This document shows positions 29,594 through 38,610 of a stretch of DNA of 64,000 nucleotides, one piece after another. Position 1 is the first letter of the stretch; each line of letters starts with the position of its first letter. The position numbers and the translations under genes are program-made. Origin of the DNA: Pirellulales bacterium (GTDB taxonomy: Bacteria > Planctomycetota > Planctomycetia > Pirellulales > PALSA-1355); assembly GCA_963733035.1 (NCBI GenBank), contig CAVTBU010000005.1:1024001-1088000 (forward strand). The letters are read 5' to 3'. The notes beneath the pieces are model-generated. The model saw nothing but the letters and a program-made list of their open reading frames with translations, made no database searches and was not told where the DNA came from.

Positions 29594-29631
29594 TGGGTCG
29601 CTCCTTTCAGTTGTGCCCGCGGCAAGCAACC

Positions 29632-29741
29632 GAAACAAAAAAAGCCGACGTGGTGAAACACCCATAGGTGTCCCAACACGTCGGCTTACTCGTTAACGAG
29701 CCGCCCGGCATCGCCGGGCTGCCCTTTAGTTAGTCGTCCGA
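29632..29741 (-). promoter_or_regulatory. Leader RNA / transcription attenuator, copy 1
   Basis: 110-nt element repeated at 30872-30981; GGGC-A-GCCC..GGGC-G-GCUC hairpin, then terminator AAGCCGACGUG..CACGUCGGCUUUUUUU. Confidence 0.8.
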
Positions 29742-29793
29742 TAAACTCAAGAATACGCGGAACCGAATCAGAATGGCCTTCACGAACACCTTA

Positions 29794-29825
29794 ATCATAG
29801 TGTTTGTACCCTAGAAAGCAAACGA
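29794..29825 (-). promoter_or_regulatory. Promoter of leader copy 1
   Basis: TCGTTTGCTTTC box containing TTGCTT, then N16-TATGAT; same box before copy 2. Confidence 0.6.
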
Positions 29826-29865
29826 GAGCCTGTTCCGCCTGCATTTCCGCCCGGAAGGATTTCCA

Positions 29866-30054
29866 TTAGTCCTCCTTGATCGACTTGTCCATGGCCTTGA
29901 GGCATTTGTCGCACATTGGTCCGAGTGATTCTGCTACCACCACTAGCGTTTCTGGAAGCGCGCCATGATGGTGCAGCAGATGCTTGAGTCGTGGAAGCCA
30001 CTGTGTAGCCTCCTGGCCAATCATCAAGGACCGGCAGGTTTTGCAAATTTGCAT
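29866..30054 (-). CDS. Small CxxC...CxxC protein
   Basis: 62 aa with CKTC and CDKC; in series with neighbouring genes. Confidence 0.5.
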   Translation of the reverse strand: MQICKTCRSLMIGQEATQWLPRLKHLLHHHGALPETLVVVAESLGPMCDKCLKAMDKSIKED

Positions 30055-30072
30055 ACGATCAACAGCTTTTTT

Positions 30073-30306
30073 CTAGGTCGCCAACTGATCGCGAGCTCGG
30101 CCCTGACGGTCGAAACGGGTGCCGCACTTGGGGCAAGTCCAATCGCCCAGAACGAGTTCCGCGGATTGGTTGGACAAGCGAATCACGGGGAGTCCGCCGC
30201 CGCACTCACGGCAAGTCTTCCGACCCATCCCTGTCGAAAAAAAGGCGATCAGCGCAAACCCAACAAACACGGCCAGCGTTATGGTCCCAATCAAAAGAAT
30301 TTGCAT
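30073..30306 (-). CDS. Small membrane-anchored zinc-ribbon protein
   Basis: TM helix then CREC...WTCPKCGTRFD; abuts the upstream stop codon. Confidence 0.7.
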   Translation of the reverse strand: MQILLIGTITLAVFVGFALIAFFSTGMGRKTCRECGGGLPVIRLSNQSAELVLGDWTCPKCGTRFDRQGRARDQLAT

Positions 30307-30828
30307 CTACAGACTCCCGGGCAATTCGGTCCTAGTTTCAAGCAATGGTTGTCGGTGGGAAGTGGCTTCATCGGTAACGACGCTTAAGCGCGACGTTCTC
30401 AAATAGGGAGCGTCGTCGAGAGCGAATTCCACCGCAACGCTCCGCTCCAATTGATCGAATCGACGATTTGTCAGCGCTGACGCATCAAAGAAGACGTCGC
30501 CGGCGGGCGTTCGAATATAGCCGTATCCCACGGTGTTGTGGCTGGGAACCAAATGCGTCGACGGAACATCCGTCCCGCAGGAAAGGAATTTCAGTTGACT
30601 AATCACACCCCGCACCAACCCCGGCGGCTGAGGACGGGAAGTCTGAGCGAGAGTCGCAGGTGTTACTACTCGAATTCCATTTCTTTTGTCGCCGATCAAT
30701 TCGTTTTCCATTCCAGCCTGTCCATACGATTCGCATTGCCCGCCATCGTCACACCAACGATCCTTTGCGGACGCTTCGGAGCCAAGCAACGAATTCTGAC
30801 TGCTCGACGGCGTGTTGATAGATTTCAT
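30307..30828 (-). CDS. Cold-shock-domain-like protein with N-terminal extension
   Basis: RGVI...GYGYI..PAGDVFFD.SAL....FDQL.....VEF resembles the CSD RNP1/RNP2 fold; start set at ATG 30828, downstream of the attenuator. Confidence 0.65.
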   Translation of the reverse strand: MKSINTPSSSQNSLLGSEASAKDRWCDDGGQCESYGQAGMENELIGDKRNGIRVVTPATLAQTSRPQPPGLVRGVISQLKFLSCGTDVPSTHLVPSHNTVGYGYIRTPAGDVFFDASALTNRRFDQLERSVAVEFALDDAPYLRTSRLSVVTDEATSHRQPLLETRTELPGSL

Positions 30829-30871
30829 GACGCATACCACCAAAGGATCACGCCGGTTCCCAATTTGACGA

Positions 30872-30981
30872 GAAACAAAAAAGCCGACGCGGTGGTATAC
30901 CCCGAGGTACATCACCGCGTCGGCTTACTCGTCAACGGGCCGCCCGCTGGCAACTGGGCTGCCCTTCAGTTAGTCATCCGA
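30872..30981 (-). promoter_or_regulatory. Leader RNA / transcription attenuator, copy 2
   Basis: Paralog of 29632-29741 with compensatory changes in the terminator stem. Confidence 0.8.
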
Positions 30982-31040
30982 CGATTCAAAAACCCGCTGC
31001 GGCCAGATCGGAACTGATTATCCGCGCTAGCTCACCCCTA

Positions 31041-31072
31041 AGTTTAACCTTCCCATGGTGGAAAGCAAACGA
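31041..31072 (-). promoter_or_regulatory. Promoter of leader copy 2
   Basis: TCGTTTGCTTTC box containing TTGCTT, then N16-TAAACT. Confidence 0.6.
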
Positions 31073-31219
31073 CTGCCATCTTGACATCACCTATTTGGCT
31101 GGCATACAGCTTTTCGCCCGCGAGACTGCCAGTGCCTGTTTTCGAGAACAATTTAGAGTTAGAATCGGACAGGCATTCCGGACGAGCCGTCGCCCACGCA
31201 ATGTATCTGTTGAATCACA

Positions 31220-31600
31220 ATGAAAAGTCAAGGAGAAATTGAAGCAGCGATCTGCGCGGGACTGAATCGCTTTGAACAAGAATACATGGGGCGAGGGCCG
31301 AAGCAGATTCACGCACACCTGATTGGCGATTGCCTGATCATTCGGCTGCACGGTGTTTTGACCGCGGCCGAAAAACAATTGGTGAAGACCTTGCCGGCGG
31401 AGAAAGGAAGGGATTTGCTCAAGCAAGTTCGAACACATCTCATCGAAACCGCACGGCCGGTCATGGAGGCGATGGTCGAGGAAGTGACGGGCGTAAAGGT
31501 CGTGAGCTTGCACCACGACATCAGCACGACGACTGCCGAGGAAGTGGTGCTCTTCACGCTGGCGACTGCGCCTGCTTTCCGCGAAACGCGAAAAAAATAG
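31220..31600 (+). CDS. DUF2294 (MpsC-like) family protein, canonical
   Basis: MKSQGEIEAAI...FEQEYMGRGP...L.GVLTAAEKQL...GRDLLKQVR...VTGVKV.SLHHDIST...EEV..FTL. Confidence 0.92.
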   Translation: MKSQGEIEAAICAGLNRFEQEYMGRGPKQIHAHLIGDCLIIRLHGVLTAAEKQLVKTLPAEKGRDLLKQVRTHLIETARPVMEAMVEEVTGVKVVSLHHDISTTTAEEVVLFTLATAPAFRETRKK

Positions 31601-31620
31601 CTCATTGCCAACGAGCGTAC

Positions 31621-32166
31621 TCAATTGCCAGAGTTGCTCGATTCTTGAGCGCGAAACTGGCCGAGACGCTCCGCCTCGGCCGCTCGCAATTCCGCATGGA
31701 CACGTTGGCAATGGACGTTCGCATGCGTCAGACGGTAGTCCAGCCACTCCTTGTCGACGCTCAGGAACCGCCCCATCGCCTGTTCGCGGTCCATCCAATC
31801 TTGCAGGTAGTTGCGGCGGATCTCCGAGAGATCGGCCAACAACACTTGAACGCTCAAGGTATCCGCGTAGTCAGGATAGAACGTAGCTTGCAACCTACGA
31901 CGAAATGCAAGCAGCGCTTCGGCGTCGGTAATCTGCTCGTCCGCCAAATGCAGATACATTTTGTCATGCAAACTATGCTGCTCTGGCGCCGGATCCGCCT
32001 TAGCCTGCGGCAACAAGCTGCGCTGCAAATCGAGCATTTCGGTGTAAAGCAGTGAACGCTTGCGGATGGCGGCCTGGTCTGCATCTGGTCCGGCGCGGAT
32101 AGATTGCACTTCGGCGTAAATCTCGGTGAGTCGGTTTGTGGCTCCGTTACGTTCGGTTGAGTTCAT
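31621..32166 (-). CDS. Hypothetical helical protein
   Basis: 181-aa ORF with AGGGGG RBS; no recognised motif. Confidence 0.6.
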   Translation of the reverse strand: MNSTERNGATNRLTEIYAEVQSIRAGPDADQAAIRKRSLLYTEMLDLQRSLLPQAKADPAPEQHSLHDKMYLHLADEQITDAEALLAFRRRLQATFYPDYADTLSVQVLLADLSEIRRNYLQDWMDREQAMGRFLSVDKEWLDYRLTHANVHCQRVHAELRAAEAERLGQFRAQESSNSGN

Positions 32167-32507
32167 AGCTCAGAACCCCCTAATATGAAGTAAGTGATGT
32201 TCCCTCTATGGTAATAGTAGGCCGACGCCGCGATTTGAACACCACCCGACTGCCGCGATTTGCCAAAAGGCCTGCCTTCCGGCAGCCATTGGGCCGGTGT
32301 GACTGAGAGCGCCACAACCCCACGGTTCCGGTTGTTCCGCTTCACGTGTGCTTGTCGCGCCGCTCCATGCGCCACAAACGCGGATTCAGTTCAAATGTGA
32401 CCTTCCCGTTTAACAGGCGAAATGCGCGCAAGGCCTGCCACGCCAAGGACAAGTCGCAACGAGACTGTACGACCGATCGTAGGCAATCTGTTTGAAGCGG
32501 CCGGCTG

Positions 32508-33506
32508 CTAATAGCTCCAGCCGGACTTGAGGCCGAGCATCACGTTTTGCGAGTTGGGCTGGTTGACGTAGTAGTAGGTGCCGCCGCCTTGGTAGTCCAG
32601 TACTCGGGCCGAGCGCGACCAGGCCATGACTTCGCTGTAGGCGCTCACAAACCAGCGCGGACCGCGGTATCCGAGTTCGATCTGGCCGGTCAGGTTGGGA
32701 CGGGGAAACAGCGTGACGTCGTCGTCGGCAATGTGCTCGCGGGTGAACGCCGTGAGTCCGATTCGCGCCCGCCAGTACGGCTCCCAATTCGTATTCATCT
32801 TGCGGCGCGACTCGGCACCCACGTAGGGGTAGAACGTCCACCAGGATTCTTGATATCCGACGGCGACCACGGTGGGTGCCAAGAAGATATCCGGAATGCT
32901 GCGGACGAAGAACCGGGTGCCGACGCCGCCGAAAAAGCTCAGCCGCTCCCAGTTTTCGGGTTCGAACATCAATTCGTATTCGGCGCGCAGCCCGAGGTAG
33001 TTGGTTACATTCGAACCGTCGTAACCACCGAGATCGGCGGAGTAGTCAACTTTGGCGCCGAAAAGTTCGGCGCGGTAGCGTTGCCGGCCGTGGCGCTGTT
33101 GCCAGCCCAGCGTCGGCGCCGCGCCGTTGTTTTGCATGAAGGTGCGATGGTCGACCTGTTCGCCCCAATAGAAATAGTCGATCCGCGTATACCAGGTCGA
33201 TTCGAACAGCCGTGGCGCGTCGCCGCTGACCGGCACGCGCGGCGTGGCGGGGACGTAATCCTCGACCGTGAGGAATTCTTCATAAGCGGCGGGCGAGACA
33301 TCGGTCGACGATTCAGGTGCCGCTTCGATCGGTTTGGCCGGCTCGCCACTCTCAGATCCCACGGGGCTCGCGGGCGGCAGCCGCTCGCTCTTTGCATTCG
33401 GCGCCGCGGCTTGCGAAACCGGATCGGTCATAGGGTCCGCGACGGCGCAGGCCAAGTGCGCGCCGGCAATGAGCACACCGGTCAGGAGCAAACGAAGGAC
33501 GTTCAT
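32508..33506 (-). CDS. Putative outer-membrane beta-barrel protein
   Basis: Signal peptide, low-complexity linker, alternating aromatic beta-strands, C-terminal GLKSGWSY. Confidence 0.75.
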   Translation of the reverse strand: MNVLRLLLTGVLIAGAHLACAVADPMTDPVSQAAAPNAKSERLPPASPVGSESGEPAKPIEAAPESSTDVSPAAYEEFLTVEDYVPATPRVPVSGDAPRLFESTWYTRIDYFYWGEQVDHRTFMQNNGAAPTLGWQQRHGRQRYRAELFGAKVDYSADLGGYDGSNVTNYLGLRAEYELMFEPENWERLSFFGGVGTRFFVRSIPDIFLAPTVVAVGYQESWWTFYPYVGAESRRKMNTNWEPYWRARIGLTAFTREHIADDDVTLFPRPNLTGQIELGYRGPRWFVSAYSEVMAWSRSARVLDYQGGGTYYYVNQPNSQNVMLGLKSGWSY

Positions 33507-33776
33507 AGAGCGCGCAATGCGACGGAGTTTTAAAAGACATGCCTACGCGCCCGCCTGCGAGGGGGGAACAGTAGCCCATGCGGCGACTGTAGGTCAAGTT
33601 CAACCCCGAGCAGGTAGCTCGCACGGCCAGGCATGGCAAACGGCCAGTGACGAACTGGACTTTAGCGACGCCGGTTTGCCGCGTATTGGGTAGCCAGCTG
33701 CTCGTGGGATCGCGTAACGGCCCCCCTTTCGCGGCCCAAATGCTAGGCTTTCCGAGGGTGGTCATCACGAAGGAGA

Positions 33777-34061
33777 TTGGCAATGCGGTGCATCGTCGGC
33801 GTGGTCCTGTTCGGGGTCCTGTACTTCGGCAGTTGCGCTCTGCTCGGCGAAATCGTCCGTGCGCGGGCAGTGACAAACCATCCGCTGCATTCGCAGAAGG
33901 TAGGAACAAAAACTCGGGCACGGGTGTTGAAAAAATACCACGCGCTGGTCGCCGTTGGCGCCGGAGTCGTCACGATCGTCGGCTGCAGCCTGCCCTCGGT
34001 GTTGCTCAGGATGAGCGAGCGAAGCGAGTGGCGGCAGTACAAGGAATGGCAGCGAGGTTGA
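33777..34061 (+). CDS. Small two-TM membrane protein
   Basis: AAGGAG RBS; two hydrophobic segments. Confidence 0.6.
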   Translation: MAMRCIVGVVLFGVLYFGSCALLGEIVRARAVTNHPLHSQKVGTKTRARVLKKYHALVAVGAGVVTIVGCSLPSVLLRMSERSEWRQYKEWQRG

Positions 34062-34112
34062 GCGTTACCCGTCACTTGTTTTTTCGCGGGTCCTGGTTTG
34101 AAAGGCGAACCA

Positions 34113-34664
34113 ATGGTTGAAGCCATCATCAAATGGGTGCTGAGCAACTATCCGATCACCTTTTTCTTCGTGGGATTGTTGTGCGCATTTGTCTCGCTCG
34201 CCAGACGTCATGGCGAACTGACAAGAGAGGCTGTGTTCGAAGCGCTGCTGGCTTACTACTGCCTGTTCGCCGTCGGGTGCTTCTACGTCTACAACTTCGT
34301 GATGCACGTATTCTTTGGCGAGGTGGCCGCCAGGTTCATTGGCTGGGAGGACAGCCCATTCCAATTGGAGGTGGGATTTGCGAGCCTTGGTTTTGGCGTG
34401 GTGGGCCTGCTGGCATTTCGCCAGGATTTTAGCTTACGGCTGGCCGCGATCACCGGTCCGGCCTTCTTTCTGTGGGGTGCCGCCGGCGGGCATATTTACC
34501 AAATGATCGCGCATCATAATTACGCGCCCGGCAACGCCGGAGCCATGCTGTGGGTGGATCTCTTGTTTCCGGTGATTGGGTATGCGCTGCTCTTTGGCTG
34601 GCGAAAGGCAAGCGGGAAGTCCTCGAACCGTCGAGCAGCCGGAATGGAAGCGGCCAGAGGTTAA
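34113..34664 (+). CDS. Multi-pass membrane protein (DUF6790-like)
   Basis: H.FF....A..IGW..SPFQ.EVGFASLG, WGAA.GH, NYAPGNAG motifs. Confidence 0.8.
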   Translation: MVEAIIKWVLSNYPITFFFVGLLCAFVSLARRHGELTREAVFEALLAYYCLFAVGCFYVYNFVMHVFFGEVAARFIGWEDSPFQLEVGFASLGFGVVGLLAFRQDFSLRLAAITGPAFFLWGAAGGHIYQMIAHHNYAPGNAGAMLWVDLLFPVIGYALLFGWRKASGKSSNRRAAGMEAARG

Positions 34665-34686
34665 GACCGAACTCATCGAGCTGCCG

Positions 34687-35270
34687 CTAGCGGCGATTGA
34701 ATCGGCGAGCGAAGCAACTGCCCAGCAGTATCAGCGCGCACGTTAAGAGCGCAAGTGTCGACGGTTCGGGCACGACTTCGACAACACCCCAGCGGCCGGA
34801 ACCGGAATTGTAGCTATTGCCGTCTCGGTCGTTCCACATCAACCCGTTGAACGCGGGCGACTCGATGTGAACATAGTCCTCCAATTCCGATGCGCTATTG
34901 GGTTCGCCGGGCGCCCAGTTCGTATAGGTCACCGGTTCGCCTGAGACCCAAACAAACGTGCCCTCGACGGCCGCGTCGTTCAGTCCGATCCACAAACCGC
35001 GATTGACGCCCCCGAGATTCGCGAACGTGGCAAAGACCCAAATGTTTTCGGCCGCGTCATTGATGGTTGCCAGATTTCCGCCGAGCGTGACCGCCTCGGC
35101 CTGGGAGGCAAACCAGGTGTCTTTCTCCAGCAGGTAATAGCTGTGGCCGTTGGCTGGATTGACGACGGGTCCATCAATGACCGTTGCCTGGCGCAACTCG
35201 AACACCAGCCGAAAGCAGCCGTCAACACCAGCCAGCGATAGCCGACATTCGATCGAGGCACAATTATCAT
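34687..35270 (-). CDS. C-type lectin domain PEP-CTERM protein (probable frameshift near 35190)
   Basis: NGHSYY, LATIND.AEN, WIGLND..EG.F.W.SGEP..YTNW..GEPN, WND, VPEPSTL+TM+RR; a signal-like N-terminus lies in another frame from ATG 35270. Confidence 0.85.
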
Positions 35271-35490
35271 GGCTCGACGCCCTAGTTCCAAGATGGGGTT
35301 TCGGCGACCATTTCCAGGCTAAGCGAGCGCACCAGAAATAACAACTTCGGGCCAACTTACATGGAGTAACATTTCGACGACGAACTCCACCTGATAGCTT
35401 TTAACCTAGGCGACACGGCTGCCGGAGGCGCCAGCGGCCGTCGCCTTTGCTGACAGTGCTTCGACCGAGATTCCAAATAAGGGGCCAACC

Positions 35491-36615
35491 ATGCTGTCGG
35501 TTTTCTGCTCGCCGAGCCGCTACACGCAGGGCAAGAATGCCACGACCTCGCTGGGGCCCGAGATGGCGGCACTGGGGCTGAGCGGGCCGGTGCTGGTGGT
35601 CGGGGGGCGGTCCGCGATTCGACTGCTGTCGGAAACGTGGCGAAGCACGTTTGGCGATGCCGGCATGACGCATGCCGTGCGTCCGTTCGGCGGCGAATGC
35701 TCGCTCCGCGAGATCGAGAGGATCAAGCAAACTGCCAAGGACAACAAGTCCGCCGTGGTCGTGGGCGCCGGGGGCGGAAAAGTGCTTGATGCGGCCCGCG
35801 CTGCGGCTGCCGATTTGAATTTACCGGTGGTGAACTGTCCGACCGTCGCCTCCAGCGACGCGCCGTGCAGCGCGCTCTCGGTGATTTATTCCGACGAGGG
35901 CATCGTCGAGGGCTCGCGGTTCTATCGCAAGAATCCGGACCTGGTGCTGGTCGACACGCAGGTCATCGCCCAAAGCCCGCCGCGGCTACTGGCGGCCGGC
36001 ATGGGCGATGCCTTGGCCACCTGGTTCGAAGCCCGGACATGCGTCGAGGGACACGTCAAGAATCTGCGCGGCGGCCAATCGACGCAGAGTGCCTTGGCGC
36101 TAGCGAAACTCTGTTATCGCACGTTGCTGGCCGACGGGGCCGAGGCCCTGCGGGCGGTCGAGACGCAGGTGGTGACGCCCGCCCTGGAACGTATCGTGGA
36201 GGCCAACACGTTGCTTTCGGGGTTGGGGTTCGAGTCGGCCGGGCTCGCAGCCGCGCACGCAATTCACAACGGCCTGACGACGGCGCCGGGCACGCATGCC
36301 TACCTGCACGGCGAGAAGGTTGCGTTCGGTTTGCTCGCGCAGCTCGTCCTGGAGGGAAAGCCGCGGGCGGTCGTCGAACGCGTGTTGGGCTTCGCCAGCG
36401 AGGTCGGCCTGCCGACGACGCTGGCCGACATCGGGCTGGCGGAGATATCGAAAGAAGTCCTGGATAAGATCGCCGTGCGCGCGACGGCCAATAGCGACAC
36501 CATGCAGCACGAACCGTTCGAGGTGCGGCCCGACATGGTATGCGACGCGATCCTGGCGGCGGATGCAATCGGGCGAGCCTGGAAGAAAGAGCACCGGCGC
36601 GCGACTCGCTGCTAG
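35491..36615 (+). CDS. gldA: Glycerol dehydrogenase
   Basis: SPSRYTQG, GGGKVLD, PTVASSDAPCSALSVIY, GMGDALATWFEA, GLAAAHAIHNG, HGEKVAFG. Confidence 0.95.
   Translation: MLSVFCSPSRYTQGKNATTSLGPEMAALGLSGPVLVVGGRSAIRLLSETWRSTFGDAGMTHAVRPFGGECSLREIERIKQTAKDNKSAVVVGAGGGKVLDAARAAAADLNLPVVNCPTVASSDAPCSALSVIYSDEGIVEGSRFYRKNPDLVLVDTQVIAQSPPRLLAAGMGDALATWFEARTCVEGHVKNLRGGQSTQSALALAKLCYRTLLADGAEALRAVETQVVTPALERIVEANTLLSGLGFESAGLAAAHAIHNGLTTAPGTHAYLHGEKVAFGLLAQLVLEGKPRAVVERVLGFASEVGLPTTLADIGLAEISKEVLDKIAVRATANSDTMQHEPFEVRPDMVCDAILAADAIGRAWKKEHRRATRC
36471..36587 (+). repeat. Direct repeat copy A (gldA 3' end)
   Basis: 106/117 nt identical to 38611-38727 by manual alignment. Confidence 0.9.
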
Positions 36616-36644
36616 CGAGAATGCGCGCGCGTAGGGTGTCAGGA

Positions 36645-38318
36645 TCAACCGTACGTCGTAACGCCCGCAATTGCGGAGCGGCGACGTCCTTTCCGCCGGG
36701 CGACGGCCACGAACGCCACGAAAGCCGTCAGCATCAGCAGGGCGCTAGTCGGTTCCGGCACGGCCACAAGGTCCGAAACAAAGATCCCGCTCGTCCCATC
36801 GGTGAAGACAGCCCGAAAGGCCAATTGGCCGCGCTCGCTGAACGCGGCTCCGCGGCCGTCACCCAAACCCGACCTGCCGAAAAGCGACAATTCTGCAATT
36901 GTCCGATTGTCACCCGGCGCCACTTCCAACTGATTTCCCTCGCGGGCGATGAGCCGGAGCACGCCGAACGCGTCTTGGGCAAAGATCGCCTGGTCGTTTG
37001 TACTGTCGACTCCATCGCCGCGCAGGTTGGCTGCGAAGGCCGTTTGCCCATTCGCATTGAAATACAGCGAATTGAAAGTGCCGTCGAACACGACGACGTT
37101 CGCGGTGTCAGGGATCTGTGCGCCCTCACGCGCCACGAGTTCGAGGGCTCCAAATCCATCGGACCAGATTCCGCTGTCGTTTGTCGAATCCACGCTAGCG
37201 CCCATCAGGCTGGCCTCGAATGCGATCTTGCTTGCGGAGTTGAGTTCCGGTGGTTCGAAGTCGAGGAAATTGACGTCCATCAATGTGCCAGGCGCATGGT
37301 CACCGGTGCGAACGACGAGTTGGAGCGAGCCGGAACCCTCGGACCAAATCCCATAGTCGTTGGGGGAACCTGAATTTCGGAGCTTCGCCGCAAATGCGAT
37401 CTGATCGGCGGCGTTTATCTCAGAGGTGTATTTGCCAAACGCCAGGTTGTCGAAGCGCACACCGCTCGGCAGCCCCGGCGCCTGATCACCTTCCCGGACG
37501 ATCAATTCCAAGCTTCCGGAGCGATTTGTCCAAAAGCCCTTGTCGTTGTTGAAGTCGATTCCCGGACCAGCGAGCGTCCCCAGGAACACGCTGTGGCCGG
37601 CGGAGTTGATTGGACTGTCTCCTGTTCCGAAGAATCTCACCGAGTCTGGTAATCCCGGCGCGTGGTCACCGTCTTGTTGAACCACGCTCAAGACCCCGGA
37701 ACCTTCCGACCAGAGCGCGGCGTCATTCACCGTGGTAATTCCCGGGCCTTTGACAAACGCACCAAAGGTCATTTGGCCCGCGGTATTGAAATGTGACAAG
37801 CCGAGACTTTGGTAGTTGACACCGTCCGGCAGTCCAACTGCCTGACTCCCCTGCCGCGCCACAAGGTGGAGCGCGCCGGGCGCACCTGACCAAATGCCGA
37901 AATTGTTTGTCGCCGTGACGCCATCACCTGTCAGTTTCATACGAAAGGCGACGTTCCCATCCGAACTGAACAGAACATCCAGACCGCCGAAAAAGTAGAA
38001 GTCATCAAACCGCACGTCGTTCGCGATGCCGGGAGCATGTTGTCCCTCCTGCGCGGCCAATTCCAGCGTTCCCGAGCTCCCTGTCCAAACTCCGGCGTCG
38101 TTGGTCCCATCGATTCCCGGCCCGATCAGACTCGAAGAGAAGGCCACATTGCCAGCAAGATTGATAGCGGGCGATCGCACTTCATCAAACAGGACTCCAT
38201 CGGGAGTCCCTGCGCACTGCTGGCCCGTGAGTGCAATCGTGCGCACGGGTTGCGCCGCCGCCGCGCCACCAAACAGGAGAACGACATAGCCTGCCAGAGC
38301 GAACTGAGCGAGTCTCAT
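36645..38318 (-). CDS. PEP-CTERM protein with tandem NxxGxxAF repeats
   Basis: Repeated IN..G.VAF...GPG....ND.G.W..GSG.L.LV.R.G..APG units; VPEPTSALL+TM+RRKGRRR; start ATG 38318. Confidence 0.9.
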   Translation of the reverse strand: MRLAQFALAGYVVLLFGGAAAAQPVRTIALTGQQCAGTPDGVLFDEVRSPAINLAGNVAFSSSLIGPGIDGTNDAGVWTGSSGTLELAAQEGQHAPGIANDVRFDDFYFFGGLDVLFSSDGNVAFRMKLTGDGVTATNNFGIWSGAPGALHLVARQGSQAVGLPDGVNYQSLGLSHFNTAGQMTFGAFVKGPGITTVNDAALWSEGSGVLSVVQQDGDHAPGLPDSVRFFGTGDSPINSAGHSVFLGTLAGPGIDFNNDKGFWTNRSGSLELIVREGDQAPGLPSGVRFDNLAFGKYTSEINAADQIAFAAKLRNSGSPNDYGIWSEGSGSLQLVVRTGDHAPGTLMDVNFLDFEPPELNSASKIAFEASLMGASVDSTNDSGIWSDGFGALELVAREGAQIPDTANVVVFDGTFNSLYFNANGQTAFAANLRGDGVDSTNDQAIFAQDAFGVLRLIAREGNQLEVAPGDNRTIAELSLFGRSGLGDGRGAAFSERGQLAFRAVFTDGTSGIFVSDLVAVPEPTSALLMLTAFVAFVAVARRKGRRRSAIAGVTTYG

Positions 38319-38610
38319 CAGTAACAAAACCTTCAGGTGGCGATAAAAAAACTCCGCTTGGCCGACACACCTCGACCGCCAGAAAAGTCCGGCAGCGTCT
38401 GATCGAGATATGCGGCAAAGCGGAGTTATCAGTAGCGCGTCAAAGGGGGAGCGAGAGCGCCCCGAGTCAAAGGATTTCCAGTTGTGGTCTACCTGGCACA
38501 CTCCCTACCCGAGTAGGGGGCAAGGAGGATCGTATCTAGTAGCATGCGGAATTGCAAGTATTTTTTTGGAACGTGCAAAGTTCCACACTAAATTGAGAAA
38601 AACAAATGGC

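Noticed and set aside
29632..30981. Known riboswitch (c-di-GMP, c-di-AMP, ZTP, fluoride, guanidine), REP element or CRISPR repeat
   Set aside because: The consensus motifs I recall for these classes are absent; there are only two copies, both in leader position, with no spacer array. An Rfam search is still needed.
3262..31072. Lineage-specific 16-nt promoter spacer
   Set aside because: Four putative promoters fit it, but the suhB candidate has 17 nt and no start sites are mapped; too few cases.
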